From: Gracilinanus agilis
Taxonomy: Eukaryota
Assembly: GCF_016433145.1 (NCBI RefSeq)
Contig: NC_058133.1
Location: 256,082,801 to 256,146,800 of the forward strand
DNA: 64,000 nucleotides
Direction: 5' to 3'
Part shown: positions 38,901 to 53,700 of the stretch, in pieces
Layout: each line of letters opens with the position of its first letter
Position numbering within the stretch: position 1 is the stretch's first letter
Made by a program: the position numbers and the translations under genes
Notes under the pieces: generated by a model
What the model was told of the DNA's origin: nothing
The model's input: only the letters and a program-made list of their open reading frames with translations
Database searches by the model: none

Positions 38901-40368
38901 CAACAAGGAGGGTATTGTCACTGGGTTTTGGAATATATGGAAGGGAATAAAGTGTAAGAAGCCTGGAGAGGTTGGAAGAAGCTTTAAAAGCCAAACAGAG
39001 TTTATTGAATAAGGAGATGAAATGGTCTGTCTTGTCCTTAAGGAATATCAATTTGACTGTTGAATGGAAGATAGATTGAAGTGGAAAGAGACTTGAGGAA
39101 AGGGAATCCAACCAGCAGGCTATAGAAATATAGAAGAGGGTCTTCACCAGAGTGGTTGTACTGTCAAAGGACCCCAGCTACTGAGGTAAGGAATCACTAT
39201 TTGACAAAAACTGCTAGGAAAGTTGGAAAAGAATCTACTTTATACCAACACCTCACATCATTTACCAAGATCCAAATGGATAGATGACTTAGATCTAAAA
39301 GCTCACATTAAAAAAAAAATTAAGGTGAAAATGAAGAAATTACCTTTCCTATCCGGATAGGGGAAAGTCTGTGACCAAAAAAGAAAGGATCTCATAAAAT
39401 AAAATGGACAATTTTTATTACATAAAATTAAAAATTTTGCAAAACAAAACAAATGTAGCTAAACTTAACAGAGAGATAATTAATTTGGGATAAAATCTTT
39501 GCAGTAAGCTTCTCTAATAATAGACTCATTTTCAAGATATGAAAGGAACCGTTTCTAAGAATTAGGGTCTTTCCCCAAATGATAAATGATCAAAGGGCAT
39601 ACCCTATTCATAAATAGGGAATTCTCATAGAAAGAAATCCAAGATATAAATATCCACAAAAAATGCTCCAAATCATCAGTAACTAGAGAAATATAAATTA
39701 AAGCAACCCTGAGGACCTACCTTATAATCATCAGATTGTCAAAATTGACAAAAAAGGAAAATGACAAATGTTGGAGTTTGAGGAAAACATATACATTAAT
39801 GTATTGACAGTGGACATTTGAATTGGTCCAGCCATTCTGGAAGACAATTTAGAAGTATGTCTAAAAAAAAATTACTAAATTGTGCATACTCTTTGACCCA
39901 GCCAAACAACTCCCTTAGTAGCAAAAAATTGGAAAGTAAGGGAGTACTCATCAATCAGGGGTTTGGTCAAACAAATTTCAGTATGCAAATATAATGTAAT
40001 ACTATTATACTGTAAGAAATTATGAATGGAGGGCAGCTAGATAACTCAGTGGATTGAGAGCCAGGCCTAGATATAGGAGGTCCTTGGTTCAAATTTGGCC
40101 TCACACATTTCCTAGTTATGTGACCCTGGACAAATCACTTAACCCTCATTGTCTAACGTTTACTGCTCTTCTGTCTTGAAACTGATTCACAGTATTGATT
40201 CTAAGATGGAAGGGGAAAATGTATTTAAAAAAAAAGAAGAAATGATGAAATGGACTGTTCCAACAAAAACTTGTATAAACTGATGATGAACAAAATGAAT
40301 ACTACCAGAAGAACAATTTGCATCATAACAACCACAGTGTAAAAAATAAACACATTGGAAATACATTT

Positions 40369-41216
40369 TTTTAATTTTATTTTTTATAAAAATTTTCCAT
40401 AGTTACATGATTCATGTTCTTACTTTCCCCTTTGCCCCCAAACCCTACCCTCCCATAGCCAACTTGCATTTCCACTGGTTTTAACATGTGTCATTGATCA
40501 AGACCTATTTCCATATTATTGATAGTTGCCCTGGGGTGGTAGTTTTGAATCTACATCCCCAATCATGTCCATCCGCATCAACCCATGTGTTCAAGCAGTT
40601 GTTTTTCTTCTGTGTTTCCACTCCTGCAGTTCTTCCTCTGAATGTGGGTAGCGTTCTTTTCCATAAATCCCTCAGAATTGTCCCGGGTCCTTGCATTGCT
40701 GCTAGTACAGACATCCATTACATTTTATTTTACTACAGTGTATCAGTCTCTGTGTACAATGTTCTCCTGGTTCTGCTCCTTTCACTCTGCATCAATTCCT
40801 GGAGGTCTTTCCAGTTCACATGGAATTCCTCTAGTTCTTTATTCCTTTGAGCACAATTTACCACAATTTGTTCAGCCATTCCCCAATTGAAGGACATACC
40901 CTGCTTTTCCAGTTTTTTGCCACCACAAAGAGTGTGGCTATAAATATTTTTGTACAAGTCTTTTTATCTATGATCTCTTTGGGGTACAAACCCAGAAATG
41001 GTATGGCTAGATCAAAGGGCAGGCAGTCTTTTAGCACTCTTTAGGCATAGTTCCAAATTGTCATCCAGAATGGTTGGATCAGTTCACAACTCCACCAGCA
41101 ATGCATTAATGCCCCAATTTTGCCATATCCCCTCCAACATTTATTACTCTCCCCTGCTGTCATTTTAGCCAATCTGCTAGGTGTGAGGTGATACCTCAGA
41201 GTTGTTTTGATTTGCA
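40369..41216 (-). mobile_element. Younger 5'-truncated L1 inserted into an older L1 3' end
   Basis: 13-bp TSD tggaaatacattt at 40356-40368 and 41217-41229; polyT start; ORF2 C-terminal remnants in ORFs 40505-40714 and 40733-40957. Confidence 0.85.
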
Positions 41217-41350
41217 TGGAAATACATTTCTGATCAATGCAATGACTAGTTAGTTATAATTCTAGAAGATTGTTGATGAAGAATGTTACCCACTTCCTGA
41301 TAGATATATGCAGAATAAGATATATATATATGGCAATGTATATAAATGTA

Positions 41351-41392
<42 letters not shown>
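41351..41392. repeat. (TG)12(TA)9 compound microsatellite
   Basis: Direct reading of the sequence. Confidence 0.95.
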
Positions 41393-41393
<1 letters not shown>

Positions 41394-41783
41394 TACCAAA
41401 GTTAGGAATTTATTTTATTTTATTCATATTTGTTATAAGAATTTTGTTTTTCTTTTTTCAATGGTAGTGGTAAGGAATGGGAGTGACAAAAAATAAATGC
41501 TTGTAATTTTTTAAGTATTTAATTAAAAATTGAATGACCATTCATTGAGAAATTGCTGAACAATTTGTGTCATACAAATGTAATGAAACATTATTACTCT
41601 AAAGGATTATTGGGAAGAGATAAAGTGTAAATAAAAACAAAACATCATAAAATATGTCAAAAAAACACCCTCTTACCTTATGTCTTAGTATCATTTCTAG
41701 AAAGAAGGGAAGCACAGGCTAGGCAATTGGGGTTAAGTGACTTGCCCAGGGTCACACAGCTAGAACATGTCTGAATAATCTTT

Positions 41784-41969
41784 TTTTTTTTCTAAACCCT
41801 TAACTTCTGTGTATTGGTTCATAGGTAGAAGAGTGGTAAAGGTGGGCAATGGGGGTCAAGTGACTTGCCCAGGGTCACACAGCTGGGAAGTGTCTGAGGT
41901 CGAATTTGAACCTAGGACCTCCCATCTCTAGGCCTGGTTCTCAATCCACTGAACTACCCAGCTGCCCCC
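41784..41969 (-). mobile_element. Young full-length SINE-1-like element nested in an older SINE
   Basis: TSD tgaataatcttt at 41772-41783 and 41970-41981. Confidence 0.9.
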
Positions 41970-42244
41970 TGAATAATCTTTTAAAATAGGATAGGGAATA
42001 AAGATTTTATTGACTATTATCAAATCATTTAACTTCTCAGTGCTTCAGGCAACCCTCTTAAAAGCATAAGTTGCAGAGAAGTTATAGATCTTTATTGGCA
42101 GAGGAAGTTCGCTATGCAAATGAAACTACAGTAGACTTATTTTTCCAGTCCTAAATGGGAATAAAACTTGAAGAAGCTATCCTCAAAACCTTATATATAT
42201 GATTTGCTGTTCTTTGCATTATTGTTATTTAAAGATAAAATTGT

Positions 42245-42670
42245 TGCTTGTCCCTTGTTTTTCAGAGGACCAGTGACATTATGTTGACTTTTAAGTGAAC
42301 TGGATTTAAGTGATGCAGGGTTACACATACTCAGTCTCCCTCTTTTTAGTCATTGAAGTCTAATGGCAAAATTAAAGTCAAGACAACTATCCATGGCCCA
42401 GGATTCAGGGGATGACTTTGGAATCTTTGATATCAACCAAGATCTAAGTACACCACAGTGGTGCCTGCTTTAACCCATTTCATGGCCATTGGAACAAATT
42501 GTTCTCATCTACTCATTCCATTAGAAGTCTTCACATGCATGGAATAGATGTTCCCATTACTCACTGATAGGTTTGAGGCCTGTGAGTTACCTTCTACCTG
42601 GGTTAACCCAGTATGCTGAAATAGTTATACCAGACAACAGCTGCTGTACATACTATAGCTTCTTGGAGCT
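42245..42670 (+). mobile_element. RTE-related marsupial SINE (WALLSI/RTESINE-type)
   Basis: ttgtcccttg...gaggaccagtgacat...gtgaactggatttaagtga...catggccattggaacaaattgttctcatc...ggtttgaggcctgt, recalled as typical of this family. Confidence 0.65.
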
Positions 42671-42812
42671 AGAACTTGCTGGACCTAGAGGTAGGAAGAT
42701 CTGAGTTAGAATCTGCCCAAGTCATTTTAACTCCTAAAATCTGTAAAATGAAGATAAATATACTACTTACCACACAAGGTGATTGTGAGCATCAAATGAT
42801 AATATGTGTGAG

Positions 42813-42860
<48 letters not shown>
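42813..42860. repeat. (TATC)12 tetranucleotide microsatellite
   Basis: Direct reading of the sequence. Confidence 0.95.
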
Positions 42861-42965
42861 AAAACCTTAAATCATTATGTAAAAGCTAGTTATTAACTTA
42901 TGACATCATTCTAAAACAGAATTAAATCACTCCATATCAATGTGTTTCATGTAAAAGTAAAGTGA

Positions 42966-43158
42966 AGGGGCAGCTGGGTAGTTCAGTGGATTGAGAGCCA
43001 AGCCTAGAGACAGTAAGTCTGTCCTCAGATACTTCCTAATTGTAGCACCCTGGGCAAGTCACTTAACCCCCATTGCCTAGCCTTTACCACTATTCTGCCT
43101 TGGAACCAATACTTAGTATTGATTCTAAGACAGAAGGTAAAGGTTTAAAAAAAAAAAA
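42966..43158 (+). mobile_element. Full-length tRNA-derived SINE
   Basis: ggggcagctgggtagttcagtggattgagagcc...A tail; flanked by aaaagtaaagtga repeats. Confidence 0.85.
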
Positions 43159-44279
43159 GTAAAGTGATTCTGGTGACAATGATAATGCAGTGCCCAAGAA
43201 AAATATCCCCAATTTGAACTAATCTCATTTCTTCTCCCTTTGTCCCCAAGTCCAACCTTCCTTCCTTCAGTGGTTCTCATCTCCAATTCAGATGCCTTGG
43301 AGAGGTCACTGTGGTGATCTGCTTGACCAAATTGCCATGACATACACAACACATTAGGGACATTGATTTGAATGGGGTATAGAAGCATCTGCCTCCTTTT
43401 ATATATATATTAACCCTTAAAACATAAGGGCAAGGGCTAGGCAAACAGGGTAGAGTGACTTGTCCAGGGTCACACAGCTAAGAAGTGTATGAGGCCTGGC
43501 ATCTACCTTTTAAAAATCTATAGGTACTACTTAAGGGTCCTATGTCTGGGGAGATGGGATAGAGGTGCCAAAAAAATATAACAGGTATTGTAACCTTCAG
43601 CACCTCACTCTCCTTATCTCAGATCAGGTATATTGCTCTCTTAACTTCAGACTATCCCTGGATTAATTCCTACTTCTCACAACTCTCTTCAAAAGAACAT
43701 ACCTCAGGCACCCAGGTATCTAACTTTCCAAGACATAGATTTTCTTTCACAAATTCATTATGAATGTTCCTTCCAATTAACTTTTTTTTTTTAGAACACC
43801 CACATCCTTGTCCTGAAATGTCCCTAGTGCATTTTTCTCTTTGTCATTTTAAAATATTCTTAACCGAACCCACTATTCCATCCACTATTTCTTAGGTATG
43901 TCGGTGATCTAGATCACTGAGGCAAATAAGGGTGAGGGTGAAGAGCACAGAAAAAAACTAGGTAAGGGGTAAAGAAGGCTAGATATTTTAGTCCTGGGAA
44001 GACGAATGGGTCCTGTAACTATCCCAGATTCACATTTGATTCTCCTAACATTTCTTTGATTTTAGCTGGCCAGTCCTAGAAATGCTGCAGCAGGAATGCC
44101 CAATCCTAGATTTTCCGTTTACTGCAGATCTAATTCCTAGTCTCCTCTAAAATCTAATTAAAAAATAAAAAACAAACTCAAGAGAGTGGAAGGCTATGCC
44201 TAATATTTTTATTCGTTATAAAAAAAAAAAATCCACACCCACCCCATGCCTCCCTTTTTCATTTTGCAGCGTGGACAAC

Positions 44280-44685
44280 AATAGAGAACTACATTTCCCA
44301 GGAAGTTTCGCGCCGGTCCCTGGAGGAGCGACCAATGGGTATCAGACACTTGCCTGATAGGGACCAATCAGTGGTTCTATAGAGGGGCTTTGTCTACAAT
44401 ATAGCTGGCGCCTACCTCTTCATCCTTCCCTCCTCCCAGGCCACGCAGCGCAAGCGCGCCCCGCCCTGCTTCTCCTCCCTCGCTTCCCCTCCCCCCCTTC
44501 CTTCTTTCTCCCTCTCAGAACGTTTGTGCAGCTGTGTTCTGAACTAGCTGCTCCAACCTTCCGGGAAACCTTCTATTGATAAAGAGCGCTTTCAGCGGAG
44601 AAGGGAAAAAAAAATCCATCTATCTATCTATCGCATTCTCTTTTCCCTGTACATAACTTGAGACAAGCAAAAGTAAATTTTAACC
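44280..44685 (+). promoter_or_regulatory. TUBB promoter and 5' UTR
   Basis: ZNF143/SBS-type ACTACATTTCCCA at 44288-44300, two CCAAT boxes (~44333, ~44365), NRF1-like gcgcaagcgc (~44449), aaattttaaccATG context as recalled for human TUBB. Confidence 0.8.
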
Positions 44686-48558
<3,873 letters not shown>

Positions 48559-49535
48559 AAGAGATACCCTGCCACCTCAGTTTTCTCAACTCTCCCAACA
48601 TTCTTTCCCCATCACCCTTTCCCTCTAAATTTGCATTTTCTGCCTCCATCCTCTTTTTTCTCTCCTTTGTGGGTGCTGAGCTCTCTGTCCTCTGTTCTTT
48701 CCTTATGACCTGTCACCTCAGTAATACACTCTCTGCCTCTTCACTCCAAGATTTCTCTCCCAGAAGCAGGATGTCTCCAACCCAGAGCCTCAATTTAGGG
48801 GCCTTTGTGCCCAATAAGTGCCCCGAACTAAAATGGTGACCAAGAGGAAAGATCCAGAACTCTTTGGCTTCCCTTGTTTGGAGGAGGGACCAAGATGTCA
48901 TATTCCTAGTTGAGAGAGTTCACTTGGTGGGTGTTTAGGAGGAAGGGAGGAAATGGGGTGTTCCATTCCACAAATCTGTTGGGGGAGCCAGGCTTTCTAT
49001 TCTAATTACCATCTTCAGGTACTTCCCAACTTGTCCTATTCTTACCTCCAGGTGCCCCTTCCCTTTCTCTCTGCTCCCCAGTTCTGGGGGAAGTGTTGAC
49101 AGTATTATTTCCCCCCTTCCCAGTTTTGGTTTCTGTCCCAAGTGTTCATTTTCCTTTGGAGGGGTCTGTGCCTCACTCTGCCAGGTGGGCTCCCCCCTCA
49201 GATCTTTGCTTCCCCTTGTTTTGGGAATTATGCACTCTTCCCCTATCTGAGAAGTGAGGAGAGAATTGCTTCAACTCCCCAAATTCCAGAAAAGTCCTTC
49301 ATTTGGGGAGGATTTCAACCCCCCCACCCCTAAAATCAATTTCCTTGAAGAGAAAGGGAGCAGGGGTAACAGGACAACCCCTTTTCCCTCCCATCACCAA
49401 ATCTTTCCTTCGTTTTCTTTCATCCTTTCTACTTCTGCAGTTTCTATCTTTGGCTCTTCCCCCCACCCCCTTTCTGTTTTGTGTTGAACTTGCTGCTTTT
49501 TTTCATATTGAAAAGACGACGCCCCAGAACCCAAA

Positions 49536-49541
49536 AATAAA
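49536..49541 (+). terminator. TUBB distal polyadenylation signal AATAAA
   Basis: In context ttcatattgaaaaga...ccaaaaataaa, resembling the human TUBB 3' end. Confidence 0.7.
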
Positions 49542-50034
49542 CAGGAAATGAGGAAAAACAAAAACTTAAGTGTCTGGTTGATTCTTGGAGGGGGAATGGG
49601 AGATACAAGGGTTGGGGTGGGACTTGGTGTTCTGCTGTCTCTTCAGTGCCCTTCAGACCAGTAGTTGTATCATCTTTGATTTTTCACGGACTCCCAGTAC
49701 AACTGCCTTCCCTTATTTTATAAAACGGGTTGTACTTCAAATTGGAGTTCGAATGGGACACTTAATGGAACATTGAGAACAGTTTTCTTATAAGAATAGA
49801 CTTAAGGCTGTATTAAACTTAGTAAAAAATTAGAAATTACATTAGTAGTATCAGGGCTGTTTCTTGAAAGAGGCATTGAGGGATGCTTCTCCACTATGCC
49901 ATTTAAAAGGTCCAAGCGTTCCTTTAAAAAAGAAAAAGCCTTACCTTCTTTCTTAGTACCAATTCTAAGAAGTGGCAAGGGTGAGGCAATTAGGGTTAAG
50001 TAATTTACCCAAGGTTATGCAGCTAGGCAGTATC

Positions 50035-50220
50035 TTTTTTTTTTTTTTTTAACCCATAACTTCTGTGTATTGGCTCATAGGTGGAAGAGTGGTAAGGCTA
50101 GGCAATGGGGGTCAAGTGACTTGCCCAGGGTCACACAACTGGGAAGTGTCTGAGGCTGGATTTGAACCTAGGACCTCCCATCTTTAGGCCTGACTCAATC
50201 CACTGAGCTACCCAGCTGCT
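50035..50220 (-). mobile_element. Young SINE-1-like element nested in an older SINE between TUBB and FLOT1 3' ends
   Basis: polyT, full body to cccagctgctc; TSD-like ctagg(c/a)agtatcttt on both sides. Confidence 0.88.
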
Positions 50221-50475
50221 CCTAGGAAGTATCTTTAAGTCCAGATTTGAACCCAAGTCCTCCAATTTAGTTGCTCCTAGCTATGTTTTCATTTTTGTTT
50301 CTGGAATAGCATTTTTCATTCTAAAACTTCTTTAAGCTTGAGATGAAACAGTGTACTGGGATTTGATGGAACCCATGTTCACATTTGCCACCCTTAAACA
50401 ACAAAACGAAATGCATGCTAGGTTTCTCATTAGAGAAAAAGTGGGGGAAAAGGCCAGAACTCATGCAGACAATCA

Positions 50476-50481
50476 TTTAAT
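50476..50481 (-). terminator. FLOT1 polyadenylation signal ATTAAA
   Basis: Minus-strand acttatttaatcatctaattaaat resembles the human FLOT1 3' end. Confidence 0.65.
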
Positions 50482-50771
50482 TAGATGATTAAATAAGTGT
50501 ATTGGGGGGGAGGTGGCAATCAGCTGGGGAGATGACAGCCCCTGGCAGTGTGGGGTTGGGAATGGGGAGCAGCTCCCCACAACAAGGCACAGGCAACTGA
50601 GTAGGAAAGTCTGGAGGACCCTAAAGGGGTGGTGCCATGAGTTGGGTAGGAACAAAGAAGCCAGGGCTCAGATCAGGAAACTTCATGGAAGGGTTGACTG
50701 GTGCACAATAGGAATTTAATCCAAGCCCTCCCCTTTAAAAATTTTTTGGTTGCTCCAAAAACTGGCTTGTT

Positions 50772-53700
50772 CTAATTAACCTGGAGGAAGAGAAAAGGAG
50801 GTATTAGCCAACACCCAGGCTTGTTGATTCAAAAGAAACCCAGGTATTCAGCCCCAACTTGGAATAGACATTGCTGAAAGACAACTTGGAGACTCAACTC
50901 TTTATGGAAGAAGTACAGGGCTCAAACTAGAACCCAGATATTCTGAAAACCAAACTGCCTATGGATATCCCACTGCAGGCTCCTTACCTGGGAAATACTG
51001 ACACCTGTGAGCTTCTCCACACAATTTGGCAGGTGACTTAGGATGTCCAATACTTCCCCAGTCACCTTGGCAGCTCCCAGCGTACCTCCCCCACTGGATA
51101 CCAGTGTGATCTTTTTGGCAGAACTTAGAGGACCACTGATCTCCTCAGCCACCTAGATAGAAGAAGAAACCTGTTCAGTGGTCCTTGTTCCTTGATGCCT
51201 TATCCTTTTTTTTTTTTTTTTTTTAAATACTTTCTGTCTTAAAATTGTTACTGTCAGTTTCAAGGCAGGAGAGTGGTAAGGGCTAGGCTAGGGGTCGGCA
51301 ACCTTTTTTTTGGCCGAGAAAGCCATAAACGCCACATTTTTTAAAAGGTAATTTCGTGAGAGCCGTACAGTGCTCACAGTGCGCACTCCTGTAACAGTAC
51401 CTGAAAAAAAATTGACTTTATGGCTCCTGCAGAAAGAGCCATACCTGGCCCTCAAAAGAGCCAGATATGGCTTGAGAACCAAAGGTTGCTGACCCCTGGG
51501 CTAGGCAATTAGAGTTAAGTGACTTTCCCAGGGTCACACGGCTAGGAAGTGTCTGAAGTCACATTTGTACCCAGGACTTCCTCCAGGGCTGGCTCTATCC
51601 ACTGAGCTACTTAGCTGCCCCCAAGAATTAATTCTCTACTCTGAGTTCCCAATTCCTATTCCTTTCTAGGCTATATAGTCCAGACCCCTTATTGCAAATC
51701 AATCCTTACTACTCACATGCTCTATGAAATCCTGGACCTGTATACAATAAACACTTCATAAATTCTGGTTCTGTTAAAACTGCTTCTTGATCTAATTTCT
51801 CAATTTTCTGATTTTATACCAGGTTTTCGCCAATCTTGCCCATCCCATCAGCTTAATCCCTTGCCATGGGTTCCCAACATCCACTCATCTCTATTTTATG
51901 CTAAAATCTTCTCCAAGGAATCAATCTGTCCAAACCCAGACTCAAAACTCAAACCTGAGGCAGTTTCTCCAGCAACATGTCGAGTTGGGCAGCTTCCTGG
52001 TACAATTGAAAAGCCTCTGCTTTCTTTGCCATCTGCTCAGCCTCTGCCCGGGCCCGGACCCCTATAGCATATGCTTCTGCTTCCCCTCGTATCTGTGAAG
52101 ATGAAGAGATGAGATTTTGTTTGGGGATAAAAGGGAGGACTGGTGCTGGAGATAAGACTCCCAGTTGCTGATCCATTCTTTCCCTATCCCTATCCCTTGA
52201 CTGACCCGAATTGACTCAGCTTCAGCCTCTGCTTGCATAATCAGTTGGGACCTGAGAGAGAAAAGGGGGAAAAAGAGCTGTGTGGGAGGAGGTGTTCACT
52301 TCTATTCCAGAGAAACAGGAAAAGTTCATGGAGAAAGCTCTCTAACATGGAAATGATCAAGCTTTTATTAACAAGGCAAAGCAAGGCATCAAAGAAGAAT
52401 TATTCCCTCAGGGAGACAAAGTTGCAGGATGCCTTAGTTGCCAGTTTGTCCTTAGTCTTACAGTGAGGGTGGGGTGGCTCTCTTACTTCTCTGCTTCAGC
52501 TAGTCTCTCTAGGCGATAGCGGTCAGCCTCTGAAGGCTTCTTAACTCTGGCTTCCAGTTCCTTCTCTCGACGAGTTATCTCCTGTTCTTGCAATGCTACT
52601 TGCTGGGCCCGCTCCACCACCTGCACCTGCACTCGCTGTTCCTCTATATGCTGCTTTGTCTTTGCCACCTGGGTGAATATAGATACAGTGAATCAGAAAG
52701 TTAATGCTCAGATACCAAGAAAAAGTATGATGGTTAGTTAAATGTAAAAATTGCTACATAAAGTTAGACTCATGCCATCCAACCTCTTATTATTCTTCTG
52801 GTTTTAATAGGGACCTTAAAGACATGGTGTATGGGGAACTAGGGTCAATCTCAAATGTTTAAGACTCTTCAAAACATTCCTAATTTCCTTAATACTCTAA
52901 TTCATACTATTATCTATGAATTATTATCACTACAGTAGTTCAATGCTACAGAACTTTCTCCCCCTTACCCTTTTCTTCTAAGACAGAAAGGCTACTGGAG
53001 TTAAGTGACTTGCCCAGGGTCACACAGGGAGGTGTCTGGGTCCATATTGAACCCAGGATTTCCCATCTCTAAGCCTGGCTCTCAATCCACTGAGTCACCT
53101 AGCTGCCCCACTCTGTTGGGTTTTTCTGTTTCCATTCTTTCCATAATTATCCAGATTAATTTTCCTTTTATAGATGCAGTCACATCACTCAGCTCAAAGA
53201 TTTTAAGCAGCCCCTAATAAGTAAAGTCAAAACTTCTTTGTTTGGTATTCAAGGCTCCCCACATTTGGTATCAGCCTTATTTTGTATATTATGCTCCATC
53301 TGAAGTTGACTGCTTTTTGCATTACCTCCTCTCTCCATTGTGGTAAACATACTGCACTGCCCCATCTCCTTGCCTGTTCCATACACCTAGAATACATTCC
53401 TTTTCCATTTTTACCCTTTGAATTCCTAACTGTCCTTTAAAACCCAAATAAATGCTACTTCCTCCAAAGTCTTCCCTGATAACTTGTTATAATGGCAAAC
53501 CTCAGACCTCAAGAAGCCTTTTGTTCTGCAGCACTTTAATGATAATATACAATATTACTTGTTTGTATTTTATCCCACCTAAATTCACTAAGCCAGAAAG
53601 TGTATCTCTCTAAACTTTGTACCACTACCCTCAGCACAGCAGTCAGTAAACAATAAACATTTAATGAATGTTAATTGTTAAATGAGAGAACACATCTGAA

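Larger units (their letters stand above)
36400..41520. mobile_element. Cluster of fragmented, nested LINE-1 pieces (both strands) with an L2 segment (~38330-39150) and SINEs (~38680-38830, ~40030-40235)
   Basis: AT-rich L1 ORF2/3' UTR text, e.g. tggtactggttaaaaaaatagag, ccattctggaagacaattt, tagttccaaattgctctccagaatg; short ORFs here are decayed ORF2 pieces. Confidence 0.85.

Noticed and set aside
37389-41044. Several 60-120 aa ORFs (e.g. FWRTIWNYVQRATKL)
   Set aside because: Fragments of decayed L1 ORF2 with stops and frameshifts; not host genes
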